A stretch of 64,000 nucleotides of DNA from Candidatus Binataceae bacterium (GTDB taxonomy: Bacteria; Desulfobacterota; Binatia; Binatales; Binataceae): assembly GCA_030038355.1 (NCBI GenBank), contig JASHPB010000098.1:586-64585 (forward strand), in the 5' to 3' direction. A program made the position numbers and the translations under genes. Below, in pieces: positions 39,014 to 50,906 of the stretch. Each line of letters opens with the position of its first letter. Within the stretch, counting starts at the first letter, position 1. The notes beneath the pieces are model-generated. The model had not been told where the DNA came from, made no database searches, and worked only from the letters and a program-made list of their open reading frames with translations.

Positions 39014-39925
39014 TCAGCCTTGAGAGGGTGCCATGGCGTCCGAGAGACGATGCATCCGTGACGGCACGTCGATCGTTTCATCGAGCACCAGCTTTCCCTT
39101 GTCGTTGCGGATCCGTGCCGCAAACGTCGTGTCATCGTGCGCGAATGAGAGCCACCAGCGCCGCTCGAGCGCGAGCCCGAGGTAATGCGCCTTTCGTTCC
39201 ATCGTCACCAGCGCGTCAAGGTCGTACGACTGATTCCACGGCCCGCGCATGTGCGAACGCGTCGGAACGATGTCGGCAAGATGGACGAAGCACTCGTCGC
39301 CGCCACTGACCATCGCGATCTGATGGTCATGCGTATGACCGCCGGTGATCAGCGCGCTCACACCCGCGACTATTTCCCGATCGCCGTCGAGCGTTTCGAT
39401 TTGGTCGCGCACTGTCGCGACGATCTCGCCGGCGTGACGATACGCCGCCCTTAACCTCTCATTTGATGACTGATAGGCGATGTCGAGCTCGCCACGTTGC
39501 ACGAAGATTCGTGCGCGCGGAAACGACGATGCGAGCGCGCCTGATTCACGCCGCCGCACCAGCCCGCCGCAGTGATCGAAGTGGAGATGTGAGGCGATGA
39601 TGTGCGTCACATCGCCGGGCTCCATCCCGAGCGCGTCGAGATGATCAGTGAGCCATCCGTCCTGGTGCGCGAAGATCCTCCGCTCGACGTCGCTCAGGCG
39701 ATTGCCGATTCCGGTATCGACCAGGATCGCGTCGCTGCCGCGCGTGATAAGCGGGCAGGTAAGGTTAAGCCGGATGCGATTTTGTGCATCGGGCGGATAG
39801 TCGCGCTTCCACAGTTCGCGCGGCACCACGCCGAACATGCATCCGCCATCGTTGCGCCAAAGTCCGTCGCTCAAAAACGCGACCGTGAATTCACCGATCT
39901 GAATCTTTGGCGGCGCCTCAGCCAT
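39014..39925 (-). CDS. MBL-fold metallo-hydrolase (lactonase-like)
   Basis: 303 aa. HLHFDHCGG (HxHxDH), downstream H and D ligands, and a TGGHTHDH segment. Confidence 0.85.
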   Translation of the reverse strand: MAEAPPKIQIGEFTVAFLSDGLWRNDGGCMFGVVPRELWKRDYPPDAQNRIRLNLTCPLITRGSDAILVDTGIGNRLSDVERRIFAHQDGWLTDHLDALGMEPGDVTHIIASHLHFDHCGGLVRRRESGALASSFPRARIFVQRGELDIAYQSSNERLRAAYRHAGEIVATVRDQIETLDGDREIVAGVSALITGGHTHDHQIAMVSGGDECFVHLADIVPTRSHMRGPWNQSYDLDALVTMERKAHYLGLALERRWWLSFAHDDTTFAARIRNDKGKLVLDETIDVPSRMHRLSDAMAPSQG

Positions 39926-39946
39926 TGGGCGATCTATTCCCCGCGT

Positions 39947-40411
39947 TCAGCTTCCCACGAGCCATAGCCCTAGCACCAGCGCCACGCTGCCGAGAGCAAC
40001 GATCGCAAAATGCGCGCGCACCATGCGCCGGATCGTGCCCGGGATGCCGTCTTCGTTGCCTTGCGCGAGCATCGTCCGCGTCAGCGCGGCGGTGCGCCAG
40101 GCGGCACCGAGCGCGGCGCCCATGAAGATGAAGATCCCAATCTTGATGAAAAGCACGATCATGAAGCTCGCGCGCAGGTGATAGTGCCGCTGCTCGGCCG
40201 CGATCGCGATATTGAAGGCGCCCGTAATGAGCAGCATTGCCGCTGCCACGATCGCGAGCTGGTTGATGCGCATCACTCCCGTGCGAGCGAAGCTCCGCTG
40301 CTCTTGAGTGCCGTCCTCGAGCGCGAGCCCAGCGATCACGAAGCAGGCGCAGGCTGCAATCCAGATCGCCCCTGCACCGGCATGCAGCCAGAGAATCAGG
40401 TTCCACAGCAA
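39947..40411 (-). CDS. Integral membrane protein (4 predicted TM), function unknown
   Basis: 154 aa with four hydrophobic segments (ILWLHAGAGAIWIAACACFVIAGLAL, LAIVAAAMLLITGAFNIAIAA, FMIVLFIKIGIFIFMGAALGAAW, HFAIVALGSVALVLGLWLV). It ends 21 nt upstream of the MBL gene start. Confidence 0.55.
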   Translation of the reverse strand: MLWNLILWLHAGAGAIWIAACACFVIAGLALEDGTQEQRSFARTGVMRINQLAIVAAAMLLITGAFNIAIAAEQRHYHLRASFMIVLFIKIGIFIFMGAALGAAWRTAALTRTMLAQGNEDGIPGTIRRMVRAHFAIVALGSVALVLGLWLVGS

Positions 40412-40582
40412 CTCAGCGGATTCCTCTCGACTCAGTCTGAAGTGACCGCGCCATTTATACCCGCGTCGCGCGATGGCGCAAGCGATCCATTTGGGCTAAC
40501 AGAAATGCTGTCGATACGGATGGCCGGCCGAATTGTGCGGGTAGCGGGAAACGCTCGATGCTCACGATGGAGGTCTTTTCAG

Positions 40583-41977
40583 GTGCTTAGCCCATGGATT
40601 AGCGCAACCGAACTGCGCGAACTCGTTGTCAAGAAAGAAGTTAGTCCGCGCGAGGTCGCGGACTGCTTCATCGCTCGAATCGAAAAGCTGAACCCACGCC
40701 TTGGCGCTTTCATTACTATCACCGCCGAGCGCGCTCGCGCCGACGCCGATCGAATCGAAAAGATGCCCCCCGAGGCGGCGCGCCACGCGCCGCTCTTCGG
40801 CGTCGCCTACTCGCTCAAGGATCTCACCTGGACGGCGGGCATCCGCACCACGATGGGCTCGAAGAACTACGAGAGCTTCGTACCGCCGATCGACATGGAG
40901 TACGCCGTCAAGCTCCGCAACGCGGGAGGTATCCTGCTCGGCAAGACCGCGACGCCGGAGCTCGGCGGCCGCCCGACCACCGAAGGTGGGCTATGTCCGC
41001 CCTCGCGCAATCCCTGGAACCTGGAGCACACCGCCGGCGGATCGAGCGGCGGCGCTGCATCGGCTCTGGCAGCCGGCCTCGGGCCGTTAGCCGAGGGCAG
41101 CGACGGGGGAGGCTCGATACGCATTCCTGCGGCCTGCTGCGGCGTTGTCGGACTCAAGCCGTCGCGCGGTCGGATCAGCTTTGCGCCCGCGATGGGCGAG
41201 GCGTGGGCCGGATTCGCAACCAGCGGTCCGATGGGGCGCACCGTCAAAGACGTCGCACTGATGCTCGACGTGATGCACGGGCCGGCGGTCGGCGATCCTT
41301 ATTGGGCGCGCGAGCCGATCACGTCGTTCAAGGCCGCCGTCGAAATCCCGCCGCGCAAACTCCATCTCGGCATGATCTCGAAGTCGGCCATCGCGAAGGT
41401 CGATCCCGAGACGACGGCGGCGCTCGCGTCGGCGTGCCAGCTCTTGGAGGACATGGGCCATCGCGTCGAACCGCTCGAGGTCGATCCGGCGGCGATCCTG
41501 GTCGACGTCGTGATGAGGCTAATCGTCGCCGGAATCGCCTCGACGCCGATGGAAAATCCCGCGCTGATGGACCCGGTCGTCCGCCATCCATGGGAAGCGG
41601 GGCAAAAAGTCTCTTCCCGCGAGTACATCGGAATCGTGATGCAGATGCATAACCTCGCGCGCGAGGTCACGCAAAAGCTCGCGCCTTACGATGCGCTCAT
41701 CACGCCAACGCTCTCGCGCCCCGCGGTGAAGCTCGGTACGTTGCCCTCGTCGCCCGACAAATGGCTCTCGGAGCTACCCGAATGGCTGCCGTTTACGTTC
41801 CCATTCAACGCGACTGGGCAGCCCGCATTTTCGCTGCCGAACGGATTCACGAAGGCAGGTTTGCCGATCGGATTGCAGATCGTTGGCCGCCCTGCAGACG
41901 AGGTCACGATCATCGGGCTCGCCGCGCAGTTCGAGAATGCGCGGCCTTGGCACGATAAGCATCCGGCGCTCGATTGA
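40583..41977 (+). CDS. Amidase-signature family amidase (paralog 1)
   Basis: GTG 40583 is preceded by GGAGG at 9 nt. GGSSGG plus catalytic K/S-cisS/S context (..KDL.., GGSSGGAASALAAG, GSDGGGSIRIPAA). The length of 464 aa matches paralog 2. Confidence 0.85.
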   Translation: MLSPWISATELRELVVKKEVSPREVADCFIARIEKLNPRLGAFITITAERARADADRIEKMPPEAARHAPLFGVAYSLKDLTWTAGIRTTMGSKNYESFVPPIDMEYAVKLRNAGGILLGKTATPELGGRPTTEGGLCPPSRNPWNLEHTAGGSSGGAASALAAGLGPLAEGSDGGGSIRIPAACCGVVGLKPSRGRISFAPAMGEAWAGFATSGPMGRTVKDVALMLDVMHGPAVGDPYWAREPITSFKAAVEIPPRKLHLGMISKSAIAKVDPETTAALASACQLLEDMGHRVEPLEVDPAAILVDVVMRLIVAGIASTPMENPALMDPVVRHPWEAGQKVSSREYIGIVMQMHNLAREVTQKLAPYDALITPTLSRPAVKLGTLPSSPDKWLSELPEWLPFTFPFNATGQPAFSLPNGFTKAGLPIGLQIVGRPADEVTIIGLAAQFENARPWHDKHPALD

Positions 41978-42004
41978 CGATTTGAATGAGCTGCACGAGG
42001 AAGT

Positions 42005-43402
42005 ATGAAGATCGATCCGTACATAGAAGCCATTGAACTGCGCGAGCTGGTGGTGAAGCGCGAGCTTCGCCCGCGCGAAGTCGCCGAGTTTTTTCTTGCC
42101 CGAATCGAGAAGCTGAATCCTCGCCTCGGCGCATTCATGACCGTCACCGCCGATCGCGCGCTCGCCGATGCCGACGGTCTCGAACGCTTGAGCCGCGACG
42201 ATGCCGCGAAGCTTCCGCTCTTCGGCGTGCCCTACTCGCTCAAGGATTTGCTCTGGACCAAAGATATCCGCACCACGTTTGGCTCGAAGAACTTCGAGAA
42301 CTGGCATGCGCCCGCGGATGCTGAACTCACGGTCCGCCTCGCCAAGTCGGGAGGTATCCTCCTCGGCAAGACGACGACGCCTGAGTTTGGACTGCGCGCC
42401 ACGACAGAGGGCGGGCTCTGCCCACCTGCGCGAAATCCGTGGAATCCCGAACACACCGCCGGCGGATCGAGCGGTGGCTCTGCATCTGCGGTTGCATCCG
42501 GGATGCATCCTGTGGCGCAGGGCAGCGACGGCGGCGGCTCGATTCGCATCCCGGCGGCATGCTGCGGACTGGTGGGCCTCAAGCCGTCGCGGGGGCGCGT
42601 CACGATGGCGCCAGAGAAGGCCGAGAGCTGGGGCGGCCTTTCAACGCTCGGCCCGATCGGCCGCTCGGTGCGCGATGTGGCGCTGATGCTTGATGTCATG
42701 GCGGGTATGGTCCCCGGCGATCCGTACATGGCGCCACTTCCGCCGATGCCGTTCGCCGCGGCCGCCAGGAAGCGCCCGAAGAATCTTCGCCTCGCGATGA
42801 TCAATTCGACCCGACTTGGAAAAGTTGACCCAGAGGTAATCGCCGGATTGGAATCCGCGTGCGCGACGTTCCGCGAACTCGGCCATAGCGTCGAGCAGAT
42901 CGCGCTCGACCCGGGCGAGCAACTACACAAATATGTGCGCTTCATAATCGGATCGTCGGTTGGCGCACTCGAAATTCCAAATCCTGACCTGCTCGATCCG
43001 ATCGTTCGGCAGAGCTACGAATGGGGCCGCCAATTGAAGGCAACCGACTATCTCCACGCGCTCGCGAACGTTCACAACGCCGCGCGAGACATCGTGCAGG
43101 CTCTCATGCCCTACGACGCGCTGCTCGCGCCGACGACGACGCGGCCCGCAGTCAAAATCGGCACGCTGCCGTCGCGGCTTGAAACTGCGGCCGACGAAAC
43201 CTACGGCTGGATCGCGTTCACCTTCCCGTTCAATTCGACGGGGCAGCCGGCCTTCTCGATGCCCTGCGGATTCAGCAAGGCAGGCCTGCCACTCGCTTTT
43301 CAGATCGTGGGGCGGCCATACGATGAGTGCGGGACAATCTCGCTCGCGGCGCAGTTTGAAGAGGCACGCCCGTTCAAGGACAAGCATCCGCCGATCGAGT
43401 AG
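42005..43402 (+). CDS. Amidase-signature family amidase (paralog 2)
   Basis: 465 aa. Roughly 60% of its string is identical to paralog 1 across the whole length (same motifs, e.g. ELRELVVK..PREVA..IEKLNPRLGAF). Confidence 0.9.
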   Translation: MKIDPYIEAIELRELVVKRELRPREVAEFFLARIEKLNPRLGAFMTVTADRALADADGLERLSRDDAAKLPLFGVPYSLKDLLWTKDIRTTFGSKNFENWHAPADAELTVRLAKSGGILLGKTTTPEFGLRATTEGGLCPPARNPWNPEHTAGGSSGGSASAVASGMHPVAQGSDGGGSIRIPAACCGLVGLKPSRGRVTMAPEKAESWGGLSTLGPIGRSVRDVALMLDVMAGMVPGDPYMAPLPPMPFAAAARKRPKNLRLAMINSTRLGKVDPEVIAGLESACATFRELGHSVEQIALDPGEQLHKYVRFIIGSSVGALEIPNPDLLDPIVRQSYEWGRQLKATDYLHALANVHNAARDIVQALMPYDALLAPTTTRPAVKIGTLPSRLETAADETYGWIAFTFPFNSTGQPAFSMPCGFSKAGLPLAFQIVGRPYDECGTISLAAQFEEARPFKDKHPPIE

Positions 43403-43557
43403 CGCACGCACTGACTCACGAGCTCGAAGATCGATGCTCGATTCGACATGAGGTTTCTAGCAACCCAAAGTGAAACTTGAATTGAAGGTCGCCACGGCGC
43501 GCTTCGTTTTTCTATGAAGCTTTGAACACTGCCATCCAAATCGTCTGTTAGCTTTCT

Positions 43558-43638
43558 CGGCTTCTTCGCCAATAGCGAGATGCTGAAGGGGCATCTCAAC
43601 GGCAACTACGGTTTCATGGATCAGCAGTTCGCCCTCAA
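43558..43638 (+). pseudogene. Type-B carboxylesterase gene fragment (~27 codons)
   Basis: GFFANSEMLKGHLNGNYGFMDQQFALK matches the carboxylesterase-B block (GNyGllDQ..AL.W) and then loses frame. It lies within the 425-nt noncoding gap. Confidence 0.3.
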
Positions 43639-43827
43639 GTGCCGCGCTCGCGACGCTCACGCTCGTCCTCCTCTCGATAAGATAACGGGCGAGGAATTTT
43701 CAAACGCATACGCGGAGTGCCCGTGCCCGCGCCCAAGGTGGATTGAGCCGCCATCCTGTAGCTGATAGCGTAGCGGGATTCGCGCTACGAAAATGCTCCG
43801 AATCTTCACGAGGAGACCCGGCACGTC

Positions 43828-46084
<2,257 letters not shown>

Positions 46085-46088
<4 letters not shown>

Positions 46089-46900
46089 GGGCGAAGCATT
46101 TCGATCGGATCTTGACCCAACTCTCCAGCGAATCCGAGGCCACCGTTTAGTTGATAGCCCACGAGCTTCTGGAGATTCTCCGGAAGTGTGCGCGCGAGCT
46201 CAGGCGGAACTGCCAGGTACTGGTTTTCCTCCTGCCGCAACCATCCGAGAATGTACGCGGCGCCTGCACCGAAGCGCGGAGCGTTGGAGCGATTGGCGCC
46301 TGCTCCGTGCAGTACGTGATCAGTCCAAAGCAGAAGCGAGCCGCGCTCCATCACCGCCGGGATAATCTCGTCCGCGCGCGCAGCTCGATCGTCCCACCAT
46401 AAGTTGCTTCCAGGCACGAGATGGGTGGCGCCGTTTTCGATTGTGAAACCGCTGATCGCCCACATCGTGGCTACCTCGAGCACCGGATGCGGCGAGGGCA
46501 AATTCCAGAGTTGATCCTCGCGATGGAGGGCCTGGGCCTTCGACCCGGGGTCCGGCACCAACGCCGCCGTCGTGCACAACTGGTAGCTCGCGCTGTTCGG
46601 CAGCAGCATCGCGTCGCACACGGCCATGATCACGGGGTGCGTGACCAAGGTGCGGTATGCGCGAGACTTGGCGATCACGCCAACGATGCGCCGGGTCTTG
46701 GCGGGCAAAAAGTCCTCGTCGCCATAGGGCGCGTTGTTTGGCGGCTCGTCTCTCTTGGCGGCAAGATATGGCGCGAGTTCCTTCTCGAGCAGATCGCAAA
46801 CCTTGGATTCGGCCAATGACTTGACAACTACGCATCCATCGCGGTGCAGCACGTCAACTACTTCAGCCGGTGAGGCGTTTACGGACAGAGTTTGAATCAT
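46085..46900 (-). CDS. PhyH-family Fe(II)/2OG dioxygenase (paralog B, sister of 28277..29092)
   Basis: ATG 46900 with RBS AAGGGAG. 271 aa, the same length as paralog A, and shares ILGWLRQEENQYLAVPPELARTLPENLQKLVGYQ. HREDQ (HxD). Confidence 0.8.
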
Positions 46901-46928
46901 GTGCACTACTCCCTTTTCCCAATTTCCT

Positions 46929-47777
46929 TCATCGAAGCTGCTTGAAGCAGGGAGCGCGAAACCGATCGCCGTCCTTGAGATGTCCAAGCTGATCCACGAA
47001 CAAGACCCCAGCCTGCGTGTAGCCGCTATCGCTATGACTCGGCAGCGAGCGAAAGTAAGAATCGTCGCCGAAGAAGCGCAGGACGAGGGTGTGGCGGTTC
47101 CTGAATGTCGAATCGACCGGAGCTCCGCCATGCAGCATGCCAGGATGAAGGACGACGATGTCTCCCGGTTTAGTCGCCCATGAAAGGACCTCGTACTTGT
47201 TCGGATTAATCCTTCGCTCCGCCTCTATATCTGGAAGCCGCGGTAGGGCGCTTCCGCCATGCAGAGGCGCGGTGGGATCCTCGGCATCGAGGAAGTTTGT
47301 GCCGTCGTAGAGAATTCCGCGATGGGAGCCCTTGATGACCTCAAGCGAATTTCGCTGGGGAACTGCCTCGAAACTGATCCAGGCGTTGGCCCAATGCGGT
47401 CCATCCCAGGGAAGATAGGAGGTGTCCTGATGCCACGGCGTGCGACCGCCTTTGCCGTTCTTTTTAAGGAAGACTTCTTCGGCGAAGTACCAGACGTTCT
47501 TAGAGCCCCAGAGATCGGCGAATAATTCGCCGAACGGGATAGAGGAAACCAATGCGTTGAGTTGTTCCAGGGCGCCGGGGTTCGCATTCTCGTTGTGCGT
47601 TTCCTTTTCCGTTCCGGCGAAGAGCTCGAAGGCCAGCGGACCGGGGTTCTCGACGCACCAATCATAAACCGAGCGGCACCTGGCGAGTTGCTCGGGGTTG
47701 AGAAATCCCTCGATCAGGACCGCGCCGTCATCCTCGAATGCTTTCCGCGCGAACACCTTGCGCTTGGATGCGTCCAT
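46929..47777 (-). CDS. PhyH-family Fe(II)/2OG dioxygenase (fourth paralog, distinct subtype)
   Basis: WHQDTSY (HxD), distal HGG. ATG 47777 with GGAGGG at 8 nt is preferred over the track start 47810. Confidence 0.8.
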   Translation of the reverse strand: MDASKRKVFARKAFEDDGAVLIEGFLNPEQLARCRSVYDWCVENPGPLAFELFAGTEKETHNENANPGALEQLNALVSSIPFGELFADLWGSKNVWYFAEEVFLKKNGKGGRTPWHQDTSYLPWDGPHWANAWISFEAVPQRNSLEVIKGSHRGILYDGTNFLDAEDPTAPLHGGSALPRLPDIEAERRINPNKYEVLSWATKPGDIVVLHPGMLHGGAPVDSTFRNRHTLVLRFFGDDSYFRSLPSHSDSGYTQAGVLFVDQLGHLKDGDRFRAPCFKQLR

Positions 47778-47857
47778 TGTTGAGCCCTCCAGTTCGTGCT
47801 TGAAGATCATCTAGCACGGCTGGCAATTTAACACAACAGTTGTTATGTGAATTGGAG

Positions 47858-48535
47858 ATGAGCGTGAAACAACTTCGGCGGCAGGCCTCTCCTTCGCGCG
47901 TCAAATCAGCGCCGACCTTTGAGGCTCGGCCGCACGACCGCGCGAAACGAGGACGGCCGATAGGAGATCGCGAGGCCAAAAGCGGCGAGTTGATCGAAGC
48001 CGCACGCTACGTGATTGCGCGCGATGGATACGCCGGTGCGTCGCTGCGCAAGGTTGCGGCGCGAGCCGGCTGCTCGACGGGGGCAGTCACTTATTACTTC
48101 GCGAACAAAGAGGCGATGATCGCGAGAGTCACGCAAGCGCTGTGGGATGAATTCGATGAATGGCTGAGCGATCAGCCCGCGACGATCGATATCCGCGCGA
48201 TATTCGATCGCATGATCCGCTGGACTACCTCGAGGAAAGGCGACGCGTGGCTCGTCGCCTTTCAACTGCTGGTTCGCGCCGTTTCCGATCCTCCGCTCGC
48301 CGCGATGATTCAGAAGCGCTATGCGCAATTCCGCCGCCAACTTGCGCGTCTGTTGGAAAGCGGGCAGGCGCAAGGCGTGATACGCGCCGACATTGCGGCG
48401 GATCTGCTCGCCGATCAGATGAGCGCGATGGGCGATGGCTGGACCATGATGTTTCCGGTCGAGCCGGAGCGTTTCAGTCGCGGACGCATCGACGATTTGG
48501 TCAATGCGGCGATTGCGATGCTGACGCCGCGCTGA
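47858..48535 (+). CDS. TetR/AcrR family transcriptional regulator
   Basis: HTH region GASLRKVAARAGCSTGAVTYYFANKEAMI. It is divergent from the PhyH gene, and the 80-nt intergenic region carries the inverted repeat ACAACaGTTGT. Confidence 0.8.
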   Translation: MSVKQLRRQASPSRVKSAPTFEARPHDRAKRGRPIGDREAKSGELIEAARYVIARDGYAGASLRKVAARAGCSTGAVTYYFANKEAMIARVTQALWDEFDEWLSDQPATIDIRAIFDRMIRWTTSRKGDAWLVAFQLLVRAVSDPPLAAMIQKRYAQFRRQLARLLESGQAQGVIRADIAADLLADQMSAMGDGWTMMFPVEPERFSRGRIDDLVNAAIAMLTPR

Positions 48536-48570
48536 ATGGCAGCGGTATCGCCGCTTGCCTTCAGCTGATC

Positions 48571-48602
48571 GGCATATCCTATCCCATGGGATAGGATATG
48601 CC
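48571..48602. promoter_or_regulatory. Perfect 32-bp palindrome GGCATATCCTATCCCATGGGATAGGATATGCC overlapping the start codon of the CsoR-type repressor gene (autoregulatory operator candidate)
   Basis: Checked to be fully self-complementary. The ATG of the downstream gene lies inside the right arm. Coordinates are accurate to about 1 nt. Confidence 0.6.
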
Positions 48603-48867
48603 GATCAACGCTACGCATCTTGACGTCGTCAACCGGCTAAAGCGGGTCGACGGTCACCTTCGCTCTATCATCGAAATGATCGCGGCCCGGCGCGAATGCC
48701 TCGAGGTCGCGCAGCAACTCCATGCCATCGAAAAGGCGATCCACAGTGCCAAGCAGATCTACATCCACGATCACATCGACAATTGCCTCGAAGATATGAC
48801 CGGCTTGACCACCCGTGAGGCGCGAAACTCGCTAGCGGAGTTCAAAGAAATCACGAAGTACCTTTGA
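48598..48867 (+). CDS. csoR: CsoR/RcnR/FrmR (DUF156) family metal-sensing repressor, CsoR-like C-H-C ligand pattern
   Basis: 89 aa. Family string ..RLKRVDGHLRSIIEMIAARRECLEVAQQLHAIEKAIHSAKQIYIHDHIDNC... Ligand positions C34, H59, C63 reproduce the CsoR spacing (C-25-H-4-C). There is no His at position 3, so it is not RcnR-type. Confidence 0.85.
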   Translation: MPINATHLDVVNRLKRVDGHLRSIIEMIAARRECLEVAQQLHAIEKAIHSAKQIYIHDHIDNCLEDMTGLTTREARNSLAEFKEITKYL

Positions 48868-48934
48868 CCGTTTCGCTAGCGCGCGACTCGGCGGATGCGA
48901 TCGACCCGAGCTTCTCGGTTTTTGACGAAACTCG

Positions 48935-50087
48935 ATGAGGCAGACACCTCAATTGCTCCTTATCGCTGCCGTGACGGCGGATGGCGTCTTGCACACCGTC
49001 GTGCCCGACCATCGCGTGGCGATCGCCTTGATAGCGCGGCAGCACGGATGGTCAAAGCGCGAGACGGCGCTAGCCTCCTTCCGGGCCGGATTGCGACACG
49101 TCATCTCGACCATGCTCATAGCAGGGACGGTCCGGTTGGGAGGGGTCGCCTTTGCGTCCCGGTTCGGTCGCGTCGTCGACACCGCCACGAGTCTGGCGCT
49201 GATCGGCTTCGGCAGCTGGATCGCCGTCAGCGCACTTAGCGAGATGAATCTTTTCGGATCGAGCGGCAGCGTTCACCACAATCAGCACATCCAGTCAAAC
49301 AACGATGCAAACCACGATCCTATCCATGGTGCGGAGCAGCGACGTTTCGCCACCGACGAAGGCGAGCTCAAGTTGTCAATTTTCGAGCGCGGGTCTGCGC
49401 CCCGTTTTCACCTGTCCGGAGTGCCGATCGATATCGCAAGAGTCGAAACGAGGCACCTCGATGGTAGCACTCAGCTCTTCAGATTCGAGAGTCGTGGGAC
49501 CTATTGCGAATCGACCGAAGAGGTACCCGAACCTCCTGAGTTCGCGGTGTCACTAATGATCGATCACGGCGGCCACCTTCATAGTTTCGCGGGACAGTTT
49601 GTCGAGCATGGCCATGACGGCGGTCCCAATTACGACCGGCTATACGAGCCCTCGGCCAGCCAGGTCTTGCCGGGCGCACGTCCATGTTCATCGACATGGC
49701 TCATCGCCACCCCATGCTCACCGGCATGATCACGACGGAAGGAACTCTGCACGCGGTTTTGGCCGAGCTTGGCTCACCGGCTCCCCTCCACGAGCATCGC
49801 CACAAGGACGCCGGCGCGCACCGCACTGCTGCTGATCCTGGGCTCTTCCCCCATGGTCGAAGGCATACCAGCCTTCTTCGCCGCAGCTAATACGGATTCG
49901 CCCTCTTGATCGTGATGGCCGTGCTCTTCGGGATCAGCACGATCGCGACTTACGTTGTGCTGTGTGTCCTTCCGACCGAGGGCCTGCAGCCGTGCGCCTG
50001 GGCGCAATCGAACGCTACGGTGAAGTTCTGAGTGGTGGAATCATCGCCCTCGTCGGTTTGATCTTTTGGGTCTTCCCCATCCTCTGA
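48935..50087 (+). pseudogene. RcnA/NicO-like nickel/cobalt efflux permease, disrupted by at least 3 frameshifts and an in-frame TAA
   Basis: Frame A (48935-) gives TM1-3 with LHTVVPDHRVAIALIA (compare RcnA LHGLEPGHSK). His-rich loop pieces appear in two other frames (HVHVHRHGSSPPHAHRHDHDG, and HEHRHKDAGAHR). The later TM helices YGFALLIVMAVLFGISTIATYVVLCV and GGIIALVGLIFWVFPIL lie in yet other frames. A TAA at 49888-49890 is in frame with the YGFALL.. helix. Confidence 0.55.
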
Positions 50088-50162
50088 TATTGCCGCGCTG
50101 TTACCGATCGCATTAAATTTCGCCCGCTATCACTTTGACCGTCACTGATGGTCGCGCGATCG

Positions 50163-50906
50163 TCACGGCCTCACGCCGATCACGAGACCGCGGCCCATCA
50201 GGCCGCGATCGTCCCAGCTGGTGGCAAGGCCGAGGCTGGTGAACGATTCCAGGTATTGCTCGCGCGTGAAGAGCCCCAGCTCGTGGCGCTCGTTGAGAAA
50301 CGTAATTCCCTCGGGCGTGCCGATCATGAACTGCTCGTCGAACACCGAGACGTTGTTCTCGACGCAGTGAATTTCCATCCGCGAAATTTTGAGATTCGGC
50401 AAATCGACAAACCTGAATCCGATATTGCCTGGCGTGAAGGATCCGAGCAGCAGCCACGGCTCGACCATCAGCACGCCGCCGGAAGATACGTGACGCGCGA
50501 GGTTGGCAACCGCGAGCCTGAGGCGCGGCGCCGTTTTCACGTAGCCAATCGAGCTGAAGAGGCATGTGACGACGTCGAACTCGCGGCCGAGGTCGAATTC
50601 TGCCAGATCTGCGCGATGAAACAGGACGCCGGGGCACTTCATTTGCGCGATCGCGAGCTGCTCGGCGCTCGCGTCTAGCCCCTCGGCCTCGAACTGCCTG
50701 CTCAGATGCTGGAGATGGCTGCCCGTGCCGCACGCGACATCGAGCAGGCGCCTTCCGCGTGAACGCTTGTGTGCAGCGATGAGCGCAATCAGGCGGGCGC
50801 TCTCGGCGCGGTAATCCTTGAACGAATAGATAGCGTCGTAGAACGCGGCGCTCTTGCTGTACACGACGGCCGTCAGGTTATCAGGCCGCACGGTTCGCCG
50901 CATCAT
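50163..50906 (-). CDS. Class I SAM-dependent methyltransferase (TylM1/DesVI-like fold)
   Basis: 247 aa. SAM motif I LLDVACGTGSH. As far as I can recall, its overall string parallels the sugar N,N-dimethyltransferase TylM1 (..YD.....KDY..E...L..L.......SLLDVACGTG.HL.HL...F..EGL..S...L.IA....P...LH..D...F.LGR.F..VTC.FSSIG....). The substrate cannot be inferred. Confidence 0.8.
   Translation of the reverse strand: MMRRTVRPDNLTAVVYSKSAAFYDAIYSFKDYRAESARLIALIAAHKRSRGRRLLDVACGTGSHLQHLSRQFEAEGLDASAEQLAIAQMKCPGVLFHRADLAEFDLGREFDVVTCLFSSIGYVKTAPRLRLAVANLARHVSSGGVLMVEPWLLLGSFTPGNIGFRFVDLPNLKISRMEIHCVENNVSVFDEQFMIGTPEGITFLNERHELGLFTREQYLESFTSLGLATSWDDRGLMGRGLVIGVRP

Noticed and set aside
40010-40582. 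N-terminal ~190 codons of track ORF 40010..41977, and likewise 55817..56002 of ORF 55817..57724
   Set aside because: Amidase/KstD homology starts at internal starts with good SD (40583, 56003). The upstream extensions overlap neighbouring genes or the membrane-protein gene on the other strand.
47811-47840. TGGCAATTTAACAC as a sigma54 promoter
   Set aside because: It lacks the GC at the -12 position (AC instead).
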